From Ramazzottius varieornatus (lineage: Eukaryota; Animalia; Tardigrada): 64,000 bases of DNA. Shown one piece after another: positions 37,322 to 51,188 of this stretch (positions within the stretch are counted from its first letter, which is position 1; each line of letters begins with the position of its first letter). Made by a program: the position numbers and the translations under genes. The stretch is taken from assembly GCA_001949185.1 (NCBI GenBank), contig BDGG01000023.1:186001-250000 (forward strand), read 5' to 3'. The notes below the pieces were generated by a model, which was not told the DNA's origin, ran no database searches, and saw nothing but the letters and a program-made list of their open reading frames with translations.

Positions 37322-40300
37322 GGATTCTGGTAATGTCTAGACCTGTTTCTATCGAACCTTGTGTTTCAGAGACAAAAAGAACTGGAGGTAGTTTGTTTGC
37401 GCGGAGAAAGTTTGCTTCAGAAGGAATACAAGACCGTACTTCAGTCCAGTGATCCCAAGACAAAGAGAAGACCGTCAGTCATGTCAACATTCTCGAATTG
37501 TCTACTGATAGCCACTTCCGTGAAGATAAACGCCATATCAGCAGCAGAAGTCTCGACAAGGAAGTCTGAAGGCATGCGTGAACTGCGTGGCTTTAGTACC
37601 TCAGAATCGACATCACCGACTCCCACTTTTAAGGCCCAGCTTGGACAGGACTTGGGAATTGTACAACTCTTGAAGTTCACAAGGCAACTGTACCGTGAAC
37701 GCGCTAGACCGGCAGAAAGACAAGGAAACCACGAATCTTACACAGACTGATGGAGTGACTGGACCAATTCGAATTATTTCGACTTCATCAACATGGTAAC
37801 CAACGAACCGATTCGGTCTCAGTTAGGTCGACTCGCGTTCAACCGTCAAAATCAACAAATTAACACCTGGCAAAAGTTTCTAGCTCGATCTTTCTTATAA
37901 TCTCTCATGTTGATAGTTCTCGGCTGTATACATACGAATTCAAATCGCACGCGTGTGAAATAGTCTTTCAGTACGGCCGCACAAGTCTGACATTTTTTCC
38001 GGATCATGTTATTTGAATGTCAGTCCTCGATCACCACGAAGTTCAGGTAAGTGAAAACAAGTAGCTGGAGGTCGTTCGCATTTATGTATGCTGATAATGT
38101 TGGAAGGAATCCTGTGCCCTTTCAGACTGGTCTCAAGTCGAGCTATCAGATACTGTAGATGACCAAAGTGGAAGTTCAATGGTTCATTTACACGAAGAGA
38201 AGGGGCGTCTATAGTATGTATGTCCTAAGGTCTGATTAGAGTCTGGCGTTTCGTATTTACGGGGGACTTTCATGTGCAACTCCAGGAAGGACGCTACAGT
38301 AGTGACGCGCTGGTATTGGATTCGTGATAGCTCTTGCTGGACCGAAAGGACGTTTCTGTTCGCCATATTTTTGCAATAGGTTTGGCGTTTGTTCTCCCAC
38401 GAGGGATATAACGGCACACGTGCAGTGATGCTGTTGTCCGCATACTATGTCCGCGTTGCGGCAGAGTCAGTATGATTTCTCATTGTCGTTGTTCTGCGTG
38501 GCATAGGCCGGTACCGTACGCCAGTATCTGGCCGAACGTGGGGCCTGAGTGCTTTGCCAAGACGTTCAAATGATGCGCAGATCGCTGTTGACCACGCATG
38601 CCACATCCGTTTTCGACAAAATCAGACATGGGTTGGGCGGAACACACAGACTCGTAAAAGGAACGGCTTGTAGTGTACCCACGCAAGGTACGCTGGAACA
38701 GTCCACAAATCACAAGCGACAACACTAAGGGACGCCGGTCTGAGAGCTTGTCGTTTCTACCTGGATTTAGAGACGCTTCTTTCACGAAAGCGACCCAGTA
38801 CGTGGGTTTGGGGCGACCTTCTACGTCCAGTGCACGGCGTGGACCCAATTCTCATGGGGTAAGCGCTTCGTACAGATCAAAATAACATGGATCTGCCCAT
38901 AATTGGTGCAAGTATGGCATTGCATGTTGTCTCGTCACCCACATGGACATTCCGTGATCTTGTTGGAGGTGCCCTTGGGATTATGCTTGTCCCCAGCGCA
39001 CAGTAAAAGTGTTGGCTGTATATATCCCTGCTCGGTCGGCAAACGCTTCGAGCTTCAAAGGCATATCACCTGTGATAAACCTCATAGTGCGCTGGTCCGC
39101 TGAGGTCTTCGCATGTGGGTTCTTGGAGAAGCTCTTGAGTAATTCATCCAACTCGAATTCGGCTTAGCGATCACACAAGTTTTTTCGGTCTTGGTTCCTG
39201 TTCTTGCTTTCGTCGTCGCAGTCAGCCAAACGCCCGAAAAGTTCCACGAAGTACCTTGGGTTACACAGAACGAAACTTGATGTATTACATGTGCTAGATA
39301 TTCCACCTAGGTCGACGACTGTATAGTCGCCAGCCCGATAGCACAGGATTATTTCCATGTTTGTCGATCCCAACTCAAGAGCCATCTGTATGAACGACTA
39401 GAGATATTTGGTCACTCGTTCTAACTGGGCGATGGGCGGTATCCAGTGAGCATCCAACGGCAATTTGTCCAGCACGTCAAAAGTCCTCAAGGTCTCCACG
39501 TCAACCAGAATAATATTCTTATCCCCGTTGTTCAGTCTACCCATTCCAGACCTGAGTTTGTCCAACTGAATGACTGGCGCTTGTAACGGCAGCAGATATG
39601 ATATCAAACCTCGACTCCGGTACGGCAGAGGCCAACCGCCGTTGTCGTTTTGCCGTCTCGCGAGATTGGACATGAGTCTTTCCCTTCGATGACTGGCTCG
39701 AAGCTTTCAGCTGATTGTCTCACTTCCGTATGTAGGCACCAATGTTCTGAACCAATGGCTCTCATAGTGGGTTACATCGACGGTATCCGAAAACTCGCGA
39801 AAATAGTTCTTTTCAGCGTCCTGGAAGGCTAGTGACGTGCAGTATTGCTTGACCATACATCATTCTGATTCGACTTCCTCAACCATCCGTGGCGCTGTCG
39901 CACCCAGCTCAACCGTATAACACCGTCTACACTATAGTGTACGACAAAATTAACCGTTAAAAATGGGCGTAACACTCCAGCTGAGCTTACTTACGACTCA
40001 GCCAATTTTGCTGCAGGCTGTAGGTTTTGCTGCAGGCGAAAATTTCATTGGCTTTAACCATCTGACTCCATAAACCCACTTTTAACGGTTTATTTTGTCG
40101 TGACTGTACACGTGCCGCAACCGTTCGAGCGTGCTGAGGCTGCGACGACCCCAACCAGATGCCGCCCGCTTGTCCTTGATCTGTCTTATTCCTACATGGT
40201 GAAGCACCCGGTACAGTAGTGACTAGCACACGAGCAAGTAGTCCTGACCACTGGAAAGGCCGAGCGCGAGCGCGTGAGAAACCACTAGCAGCAACGCATT

Positions 40301-42569
40301 TGTTCTACGCTTCATAGCTACGGCCAATACTTTGCGTTTTGACGCCATAACAATGCCGTTACGGAAACGTAACGTCATAAAGTGTCCCATACCTGTTAAA
40401 ACTGACTTGCAAGTTTACAACGAAAACAGCCCATGCGATGAGAGTCCTAGTTCGTTCAAAAGCTTTGACGCCTTCTGAACATCACCAGACTGCATGCCCA
40501 GTGGAGGACCCCGTGATAACATAACAACTTCTTCACCACTCGGGCGCCGGAAAAAGTCAGTGAGCAACGAAATTCAGGTGAAGCAGTCTGTTCTTGAGTT
40601 GATCGTGGACAGATTTCCGGGCCTGACGTTGCTTATTCCCTACCGAGCGAAGTATTCATGGGGAATCACGCTCTAATAGCTGATAGCCGGTATTGTTTTT
40701 AGGAAAAGATGGCGTAGATGAGCCTGGCGTCTCTGTAGACACTGAAGTTTACAGCGGCACAATCAGAGGGTCAACTGAGATTAATTCTATGCAAAACTTT
40801 TGAGGGGCTCGCCTGAAACGATTTGCAAGTACAATACACGAATCGAAATAAAAAGTTACAAAGGTGATAGGCTGTATTAGTGCCACTCGCTTTGGGTTCT
40901 TGTTCTTGCGGCTATCGCGTGGCTACGGAGCTACCGCCACATTGGTCTTCTGACGGAGCCGCTCTCCCTGAACTACGTATCAAACATCAACGCAAGCCAG
41001 CAAAGAAGTAAGCGCTGACAGTTCAGGCTTATATTGGTCGTACGTTGAAGCACCAGAGTGGCATCCCTCGGTATCACAGTATTACGCCGGCCTCGGATGG
41101 GGTAGGAGATGAATTTTTGAAGTGTAAAGCGATTGCCAAATGGCTTACATTGAGATCTGGATAGATCTCGACAAGGGGTCCTGAAGGACGAGCTTGGCAC
41201 TCGGCATCAGTGACTCCAAATCGAGAAAATGTGTTAGCACCCACAGAGTTTCAATGACTTCTAAAGTTTCGTAAATAGTTGACGATAAATTCAAAGGTGA
41301 ACAGGATTCGCACAGACTTTCCGTTTCACAAGTTCGTATGGAATCGGTCTAGCCTGGGATATCTAGCCTAACGTGGTACGCTCTGAAACCGAAGCGACTG
41401 TGAAGGTTGCAAGTTCGATGTCTCTGTCCCACGGCAACCGCAGTACCGCGGAATGTGTTTCGAATCACGTGTACGTTAAACGGCTTGAAACCGACCAGCC
41501 TAGCCGGATCGCTAGTTCGTCAGAAAAAAAGCTGATTTCACGATAGCAGGTTGCACCTGGATTTTATGCGCCATTGGCTATTGTTCAGTCACATGGCTCC
41601 CTCAAAAAGAGAAGTGATACCATCAGAGGAACACAGTATGTTATATCTGGTACTACCCTGAACGCGCCCGAGGAGGAAGGACTCGAGGGGCAGGGGTTTA
41701 TTGCAAAACCAGGGGCAGAAAACTATCGAATGAGGCTACGAACCATCACAGTCTCCACGACAGGTCGTGAAAAAGAATGAGAGAATAAACAACAAAGAAC
41801 CGTCTAAAATACCTGGATGGGTGTGAAACTTAAACTACGCCGTCGCAACGGAAACAACGCGCAAGAGGAAGGAAAAATAAAGGAAGCCATTCATGAGCAG
41901 CAAGGCTGGTTATGTACTGCATATAGCGCCTCCTGAAAGCAGCCTTCTTGCTGGCAGGAGGACGCCTGTCCTGTGGTGGGTGGCTGCGAAGGAAGTAGAG
42001 TCGGTCCGTTCTCCCATAATACTGTAACAACAGGGTTTCCGTCGAAATCCTACTCATACTGCATCGGTATGAAGACCTGGCCCCATACTTTCCCGCAATT
42101 GTTCACACACTCTAGCTTTTGTCTTCAGAAAGATCGTCAATACTGTACCTGAAAGCACTACATAATGAAGTTACGTACACTGCACTGTTCTGAAAGTATC
42201 CTAGGTGTGGCCACTGTCCTGTTCTCTCTAGTACAGTATGTCCGGGATGTCTGTTTGGCTGGTACACATCCAACCACAGTAGATCGTTAAGTTCGTGAAG
42301 CGTGACGAAGCAGCATGGACTATAGATATCGGGTAATTCTTTCATCGCCTTCTCGAAATTTATCGGTTCAAGTTAAGTATAATTAATCAAGGCGTTTTAC
42401 GTTACGGTACAGTTTTTCCGGTACACCTGTGCGCAATGAAGAGATCAACACGTTGTACATTGCTCACAGGTCTTTGAGAGGAAGCGAGGTTTACTTTGAT
42501 GGCCCATCAGCAGTCGCAACTTCGTACTATACAAGCAAGCGGAAAAACAAAAGCTGTAATCGCCGGATG

Positions 42570-45500
42570 TTAGTCGATCAATTCAGAGTCGTCAGATTCC
42601 GGTGTGGCAGGCTCTGATATCGAATCCACGCAGTCTCCCTCGTCAGACGCCTTTTGATCCGCTGAGAAATGTTTGCCGTGGTTATTAGTGGCAGACGACT
42701 GTTGAGGCTTTTGCTTGCTCCTGTCATTTTCCTGCTGTGCCTTCTTCGAACGCTTCCATTTCATCCGTCGATTTTGAAACCAGATTTTAACCTGCGGAAA
42801 AAGACAAGGTCACTGACAGGTCATTGTAAAATGTTTGGTGACTCGATAACAAATGCTGCCGAGAGACAAAATACTTCGTCCCTCGAATGCCTTATGGTCG
42901 ATCCTAGCCTATAGTGTCCACGTGGCAAACCACGCTTGTTTTTCTATGTAAGCTTCGGAATAAAGTTTATTTTGATCCATCATGAGACGTCGGTAATGAT
43001 TGCGCCCAGACTGGCTTTTTAAGTTGCGCATTTTGCGTTTGTCATGGGCAGGGAAAGTGCGCCACTTGAAAGAACAAACGCGGTGAAATCAGTTACTGAC
43101 GTCCCAAACGTTTTATCGATTGGTACAATCCAAAACCTTCCCATAATCGAACGATAAAATTAATTCGGCAAGATTTGCATAACAGTGCAACGGAGAAGGA
43201 GCCGATAAAGGAATGACCAAAGCGCTGGGATATTTTCATCAGTGCAAAGAAGCATTAATCTGATTGCCTCATCACACGATTAGCTCAGCGTACAATGGCC
43301 GCTCGATGATGTGCGCATTTCACCCTAACGAGCGGAAAATTGTACCCTTATGTCCTCAAAATGCGCCATCGACCACTCAATTTTCCAAAAATTCTTCCGC
43401 GCATTCGGCTTCATGAGAAATCGTGCTCACTTGGGTTTCCGTCAGCATGAGCGAACTGGCAACTTCGTAACGTTTTGGTCGCGAAAGGTACTTGTTGAGT
43501 TTGAAATGCTTCTCGAGCTCCAGTAGCTGTTGACTTGTGAACGCCGTGCGAGGTCGCCGTGTTTTCCCAAGAAGAGCGTGGCCGACGGAATGACCTATGA
43601 CGAAGCATGATCAGTACGGTCAAGAACTGTATTTACAGTTGGTTGATTTGGGACGTGGAAAAATGAACTGAACCAGATCGTCCTTTCTATTGGCGGGAGT
43701 TGTCGTTATCCTTGGCTTGAAAGTTGCGTCAATTGAAAAATGATCTGGTTCGCTCATTTACTCACGGCCCAGTTTTAGTGATCGAAGGTAAACCTGTTGA
43801 AGTTTAGGTTTGAGGAAGTTGGTTTGGAAGAACGGTAATAAGCAACAGCTTGTCATCGATACCGCAGCAGAAGTAAAGTGACCGATGACAAACGTAAAGG
43901 TCCCGTTTATACATTGACCCACATTATAGCCTATTCTTTACCGTCTTTTCCATAACTGTACAAAAGCGCTAATTTGCACTAAAGAGTGGCTCGATATACA
44001 GTCTTTCCTTTTCAATCCTCGATCAAAAGTGGTGTTAGCCTAAAATGGCCGTTTAATCGGCCAGACAAACCTTGATCAGATGGTGATGATCTGCGCTACT
44101 GAACAATACCAGCATGCACTTGAATGATATCCCTCACACACTATCCACAATGACACAAAAGAACCTTACCGGTCGCCCCACAGCAAATGGCTTTTCATCA
44201 GTCCATATCCTCAACACTGTGTCAACAGCTTGTAAATAGGGCCGAGAATCAAGAAAGACCGCTCGTCAAATATTGTGCCTATATAATGCATTCACGTGTA
44301 ATGATATTAACAGATGGCGTAATTTATCCTATCACACTCTTTCAATCGAAATGTGTACCAGCCAGTAAAGTAGCGTAGCAGAAAAGGCTCGTACTGGTTG
44401 GAAAACATACTGTGGTGCTCCGAAGTTAACTTGCACTTAACCACGTGAGCAGTAAAGGATGCCTGGGTGAGAGTCAGACGGGGCAGCAACGACTCATCAC
44501 GTGGTTGCGTGCGAGTTAATTTAGGAGCACTACAGTATTCTAGTCACACAATTCTGGCCAAGGCAAGCAAACTCGACAAGACCGAATTTTTTTCGAAAGC
44601 GGCGTAAGCTATCAGCCAAAAACACTGAAAACGTGCGCCTCTTCGGAAAACGATCTTGTCGAGTTTGTTCGCCAAAGTCCCCGTTTTTTTAATTCATAAC
44701 TTTCTGGATATTAAATTTCCACTTGTTTTCATGACCTGTCAAAGGGATTGATAGTATGGTGTGAGAAAGAAGCCGTCTGGCGATGAAAGTGACCGTGACG
44801 GAGCGGCGAAAAAGGCAAACGGTGGCGGCTGGTCGATCAAGTTGGAAGCATGCAGCAGGCATCATTACAAAGAGACGGCTCGCTGCCAGTCAAAAGTCCC
44901 CACTTCAACTAGGAGGATACAGTGGCAGTGTACTCTTCATTCTAGCCACCAGTTTGTTCCTGTTCTGTCCTCTCGACGCCGACCAAGGAGACACTTTGTA
45001 AAGCCAGAATGGAAAGTCTGAAGGACAGATTTCGATAATCAGAAACTAAGCAGCGATCTTCGATCATCAATCAGTTTGACGTTGAGTCAATTTGTTCTGA
45101 AGACCAGAACGGATCAATCTGCTATATATGCACCGTTGTACCACACCGAAACCACTGTTGTGCTGCTATTACCGTTTCATTCTGAAGACCTCCATTTCGT
45201 TATCAATACGAAACCAACACACACAACTTGGAACGTTGCCAAACTGGCCCAGATTGTTTTCCTTAGTGGCGCACGCACTCAGCATTAACCATAAAAACGT
45301 GCGCCAGTTGGAGAAACAGTCTTGCCGAATATTCCAAGTGGCGTCTCCTTCCTGCTTGTATCAATGAGGAAACGTGCCACAATAGTGACGTCCGATTCAA
45401 GGTTTATTTTAAACCTGTTTTTTTAGGTCGGCCACGAACCAGAACGCAGATCTCGAATGGACATTCTGGTGCAGGTCTAATTTGAATTTGATTTTGGCGA

Positions 45501-46883
45501 TGTGGAAAATACTTCAGTCAAGGGGAGTGCTGGGGAGTCGCGTAGTCACAGATTAAACGCTGATGCGCACAACTTGACAATCCTGTTAATCAAATCAGCG
45601 TACAAGGAAGACGCTGACTGGGCTCGAAATGTCTGAATAATTCTTGGATAATGCGCAGGAAAGCATGTTGACCCAAGCCTCACCACAACTCCAAGGCCTG
45701 CCTGTTATTTTCCCCACAATCACGTTTACATCACACTTGCCCACAATCACGCCAAATTACGACTCACCAATCAATACGACAATCCAATAAAGCCCAGTGT
45801 AATCGGCCTAATAGACTCGATTATCTCTCCAGCCAAGTTTTAAAGCGTTCGAAAGGTCAACACGGAAACGACCGCTGCGGCGCCGCGTTACGACTCTTCA
45901 AGCCAGCTGCTTCGAGTTTTTCCGCAGTTGTAAACGTCTTTTACGACGGTCAGTATCTAAAGTACTGCGCCATTATTTTGCAATATCCAAGTGCACCGCG
46001 CAGTGTATACCAATGAAGACCGATACGTATTCTCTAATCTGTCTGCACGTCCAACACCGTAAAAGAAGCTTGGTAAACGGAGTGTACATATCAATCTAGT
46101 CTGATTACTACCCTAAAGTAATAATCCTCTCCTTGCTTATAAAAAAACACAAATAGCGGGCTGTGCTTGGGGAAGTCGCTGTGCTGGACTTGTCGACGCA
46201 ACGGCGAGCTGGAAAACTCAGCCCGATCAATTAATCGAAGAGCTAAGATTTGATTTACAGTCATGTTGTCAGAAGTTCTAATTCGATAAAAAACTCAAGT
46301 CTTGTGAATCCACATTCCGAAAATTGTCCGCAAAAATTGCTTGAAAATATTACTGTAAAGCTAGCAGATTCTGACATGCGATGGCGAAATGCGGCTCATG
46401 CTTACCTGACCAACAGTCGGACAGCCTGGGGTAGTACAGACCGGCGGCCGCCTGCGCGCTGGCCCTGGCCAGCCACTCCAGCTGCTGCTGTGGATGGCCC
46501 ATCGGTGGGCTATAAAACGCGCTGCCTGCCAACATCTGTAGCGCCGCCGCTTGCTGCGGATTATGACAGGCCGCAGCGGTGTATGGTGGCAGGAACCTTT
46601 GGTGAAGTGCGGGAGAAGCGAAGGTGGATAACGACTGATGACCGCCGAAGCTTCGATGTATACCGGGATAAAGTACTGGAGAAACGGCTTTGGGAGATCC
46701 ATTGGTGAGGTGCACGGGAGAAACACTGGACTGTCGAGAACCGGCTGGGTCTTTGTTATGAAGGTCCTGTGGAGCTAGGTCAGGTTCTTCGGCATGGACG
46801 AGAGGATGGTGTATTGCAGGGGATAATAAAGCGTCGATACGGAAAGACCTTCTGGTGTCGTTGGGTTCTTTGTTGGCAGCCAT
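42570..46883 (-). CDS. MNX1: MNX1/HB9/Extra-extra motor-neuron homeobox protein, 287 aa, 3 exons
   Basis: Exons 46883-46406, 43594-43431 and 42791-42570 (864 nt). eh1 motif SFRIDALL; homeodomain [46 protein letters not shown]|[18 protein letters not shown] with the typical Q/VKIWF intron. Confidence 0.96.
42983..43106. repeat. Palindromic N25 motif-pair family copy, MNX1 intron 2
   Basis: tgagacgtcggtaa..aagttgcgcat-25 nt-gtgcgccacttg..ttactgacgtccca. Confidence 0.8.
43649..43771. repeat. Palindromic N25 motif-pair family copy (arms intact, core degenerate), MNX1 intron 1
   Basis: tgggacgtggaaaaatgaactgaaccagatcg ... tgatctggttcgctcatttactcacggccca. Confidence 0.7.
44555..44680. repeat. Short palindrome/MITE in MNX1 intron 1
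   Basis: gcaagcaaactcgacaagaccg..ttcgaaagcggcg pairs with cgcctcttcgga..cgatcttgtcgagtttgttcgc. Confidence 0.6.
45228..45400. repeat. Palindromic N25 motif-pair family copy (dimer), MNX1 intron 1
   Basis: tagtggcgcac-24 nt-gtgcgccagttgg then ccaagtggcgtc..acgtgccac. Confidence 0.7.
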
Positions 46884-49312
46884 TGTACGTTTGTAAGCAG
46901 AGAAATGTTATGAAAAATAGGCTCTGGTTCAAAACCGGTTGTGGGGTTTGCGGTGGAAACAGTGACAAGGTTGCGGAGTGCTGGAGCTTGACGAAGAAAC
47001 GGAAATGTGATGGGGGCAAATTATCCGCGATCAAACGTCTTTAATACGGTGATCAATGTCCGCGTAATGCAGGGCAATCTACCATAAATCGCAGCGAATA
47101 GTGAAGGGCTGATAGCTTTAATTGCCTGATAGGCAGTTCGACGCACATTGGCTGACACTGCCATAAAGTGGGCGGATACCGAACTCAGCCGGTTCCACGA
47201 CCGAAGCGTTAGCTATAGTAGTGGTGATTCTCTCTCCGTCAGAAAGATCGTGAAACGGACATAGAAAAAGAGCCAGACAGTTTTTCGGTAAAACGTCCAA
47301 TCCCTTCAAAACCATAATGTACTGGATCCAGACATGGTGTGTTAGAGTACTATTATCTGTCTTCTTTTCATCGCGAAACTATCCATAAGTTTTTTGTTCC
47401 TAAAATCTCAGTTTTCATTGTTCTAATACGAGGTAGAAATAACCTGGCTTGGTACGTGCCGATGAGATTCGGAATGCGTGGTGTTACGCAGGAACGAGAC
47501 TGCATGTGTCTGACAGTCACTCTGACTTCCGTGTTTTCTTGAGAAAGAAACGGCAATACAATGTATGTCCAGTCGAGAGTGAATGACCGTTGATGGAAAG
47601 CTGATGCGGACATTAGAGAAAATTAAGTGAAGTTCACAAGCCATTACTCCGTTCATTGGCGATGCACCAGAGCACACACGAACCCACTCAAGCAGCCTCG
47701 ACCGCAACTGTGGGTCTCCACTCCAACCCGATAATCGATGGCACAGACCATTTTGTACGATTCAATTACGAAAATGAGCGGATAAGATGGAGGCATTTGC
47801 GGCGGAATAATCAAGCCTTCAGCCAATCCGTCCATCTAATCTCCTTCGGCCCATCCAACGGGGACACACAACCTCCTTCTTAAACTCGATTAATGCCGTC
47901 GTGCCAGTCGGCCTTACGCTCAATCAGCTCTCGTAGCTGATTTAATGTCTTTATACAGCCCATCTTGCCTTTTTATAACCACTAGCGATTAGCAAGAGAT
48001 AAGTTTTAGAGTGCTGGATATAAATGACCATCATCAGGTCGATTATCGACCATTTCGTCCTCTTCCACTCCAAGCACATCTTTGCCTTCAAACGCGCTGT
48101 CGTCTCTTCCAGCGCAGAGTACTCCACTTTTATGGTCGTCTGGCTTTGATCAGCGGTTCCCAAATACCAACCACTTCAAGGATGGCCGATGACCTTTCAG
48201 AAGTTCGGCTGAAACAACCTTCATAGGAGCGTCTAACAAGTAATCTTTCACGAGGCTACGGAATATCCGTAGAAAATTGCCCAAGCATCCAAGCTCCAGA
48301 TGTTCCGACACGCTTAAATGTCTTGCACACGTGACATGGCACCATCCCACGCTGCGGCTGATACATACTGTACCATACTGTAACTACTTTTCTGAGGTAA
48401 AATTAGTATATCTTTCCGTATTCTTGTGGATGACAGACTGGTCGAAAGCTAGATTGCTTTATTCCTGAAGGTAACCAGGGCACTTGAAATTTAATCAAAT
48501 CTGCATGACAAGCGCAGCTGTCCATATCAATTAGATTTTGTCCTGTTATTGGGCGGTCGATCGAGCGACAATTGAATTCATCCTCAACATTTAAGATCAA
48601 TTTCATTCAGTGATCACTTGTAAATGGCCAGGAGGAAATGATGTGGTGCTCTTGAGGTTATAGAGCAGGTATGAAGGGAAGGCGGTCATCAGCAAAGCAG
48701 CAGCTTGTCCACATTACCTGGGCCGACATAATTTTTATTGTCAACAGCAATCACAGGCCATGATCGTGTATTCAATTAAGTAGCCATGTTTGAGCAGGTA
48801 CTTTGTATACCCCACTATACCGGCGGGCAGGGACACTGATGGACAAAATAGCCGTAGCGCCACTTATACAAAAGGACTTAATCCTCTAAGTGTTAAATGC
48901 CATCCCAGTATGCTAATACTTCCGATTGCATGCCCAGTCACGCTAACCATCTCTTCACTCCTATGCGTCCTCTTCCAGGTTTCATAGCAAAGCCATCGCT
49001 CTCTACGCTGTCTCCTGCTGCACCGGTTATCAAATGGACAAATATGAATCGCTTCTCCCCCTTTCGTCACAAATTAACCCGATGAATGCCATCTGTCGCC
49101 GCATAATAACTCCTCACATTGAGCTATGATCCCTTTATAGTCCATAATCTGTCATTTCAATTTGCCTCTATACTTCCAGATATTTCTTTGTACCAGATTT
49201 CCAAACGCTTGTTTGAGCTGAAAACCCCGAACTTTTTAAGCTACTCAACTTCCGTTGGTTTTTTCAGTGTTCAAGAACGTATAGCTTCACGGCTTTTCCA
49301 CGATACTTTAAC

Positions 49313-49514
49313 TGGGACATGGGTAAATCAATCGAAACAAATCGCCATCTCAACAGGCCCACATTCTTGCTACTATCGGCTCAAGTTGTGCGCCACTTGA
49401 AACACGATCAGGTTTAGATCGATGTACCAAGTGGCGCATATCTCCGTGTTATTGACCGAAGTTGTGCGCCAGTTGGGAAAATGGTCTGGTTCAGTTCCTT
49501 TTCCGCACGTCTCA
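49313..49514. repeat. Palindromic N25 motif-pair family copy (dimer), upstream of MNX1
   Basis: tgggacat..caacaggcccac-25 nt-gtgcgccacttg..ccaagtggcgcat-24 nt-gtgcgccagttggg..ggtctggttcagtt..acgtctca. Confidence 0.8.
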
Positions 49515-50595
49515 ACTTATGTTCTCGGGGTTCACACTAATCGCGAGTTCATGAACTGCAGTTTCGGTCAATCAGATGTATGATTTCATGAAAGTAGACT
49601 CCATAAAATAATCATCGAACAACTGAAACAAAGGCTGTCATAACCCAAAACACGCGATACTCTGGTGCGTCGAACAAAAGCCGCAGTGTGCAGTATTGAT
49701 TCGATCGTCCGATATCATCTGAGGGTTAACTGTCCAACAGGACATTATGGATGCGCGTCGCGCACAGGACAATCGATCGACCGCCCGTTCGCGATGTGTT
49801 CGGTTGCGCCAGGCTATTGTCTGTAATTAATTTGTGTGTACATAGCTTAATCAGGGACGAAAGGACGCCGCCGTGGGTTTGTTCGTGTCCAACCTGTCCT
49901 CTTCGTGCTTTAGTTTCTTTGCCATCCTTGAGCAAACGGTGAGAAGTTACCTGTTTTGAGTGGACAGATTAATTAACGCGCAAAAAGGGAACTATTGTGC
50001 GGGGAGGCGGCAGCTTTCGCAAAGGCTGATTGTCTTTGAGGGATTAGCCCGTAATGAAAACGTGCTTGAGATACATCGCTCTGTGTTTTCTGCCACTCAG
50101 GCTTGATCATTCGACCTGCTTCATGCGAAGGCTACTTAACAGCTCTTTAATGTGATTAACCTCGTCAGGCAGAAGGAAAACTGCCGACATGCAACGGAAG
50201 CGAGTGTCTCGGTCAGACGAGTTCTGGGACGAAAGTTCAAACATGATGAAATTTGTGTCAGGGAACCAAAGTTGTAGTGGGAATGTAAATTATATAACTT
50301 GAAAGTACGCATGAGGAAAGCAACAACAAAGCACATTCGTATGCTTAGAAAACGCCAAATCCGTTGGTCAGTTCAAGAATATTGATCCAGAGGGAAAGTT
50401 GAGATGAAAGTTGGCAGCCCACTTCCCAAGGCAAACAAGTCTGAGACTTGAATAGTTGGATAGATGACGTGTGATGTAGCTGGGTTCCGACAAACGTATC
50501 CTGGTTGTTGGTCATTTTCCTCCCATCCCAACCACTCTCACACCCATCTAAAATAGGTCAAATGCATCAATTATCAGTTATTTCGCATATAAGAC

Positions 50596-51188
50596 TCACG
50601 AAGTTTGGTCACGCCTGCGAATTCGAAATAAATGAGATCGGCTTTTGGTTTGCGTGGCGCGTACCGCGAAGTCTTGCTGAGTCAGAAAGTCGTGTCCAGC
50701 ATGTTCGCTGTAGATTCTAGCCTCCTTTACTACATTGACAAGGTAGTCTTCGGCAGCAGTCTGAAACTCAAAGGATGGAACTGACTCGACAGCATCATAT
50801 ATTCTACCTGAAAAAAACCCCCAAAAGGATTTGTACTGATTTATACGTACGGGCAGTGCAAACAAAGCACTCGACTGCATGCGTATACCAGTGAAGCCAT
50901 ACTTCTTGGCAATGTCCTCGGTCAGGCTACGGACAAACTTCTGGGAAGGCCTCAACTTGATAACAGGATGAGAATCCGATGTAGCGAGCAAGTAAGGGTT
51001 GTTGACTGGTCCATCCTCCACAATCTCGTCGTTGTTGCCTTCCATATCCTCGTCAACATCGTCTTCCAGATCCTCTTCCAGAGCGTCAACGGCCTACTCT
51101 GTGCAATGTGATCAGGATCAGGCGCCTCTTGGCCCACCACGCCGACACCAGCCTCTTTCTGCGCCAGATTCGCTACTCCGTCGTCCAT
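50596..51188 (-). CDS. Highly divergent histone H3-fold protein with acidic N-terminus (CenH3-like features); possibly a pseudogene
   Basis: After removing intron 50850-50761: VIKLRPSQKFVRSLTEDIAKKYGFTGIRMQSSALFALP|TAAEDYLVNVVKEARIYSEHAGHDFLTQQDF aligns to H3 [64 protein letters not shown]. ATG 51188 is separated from this frame by a frameshift and a TAG near 51095; the frame is open from ATG 51045. Confidence 0.65.
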
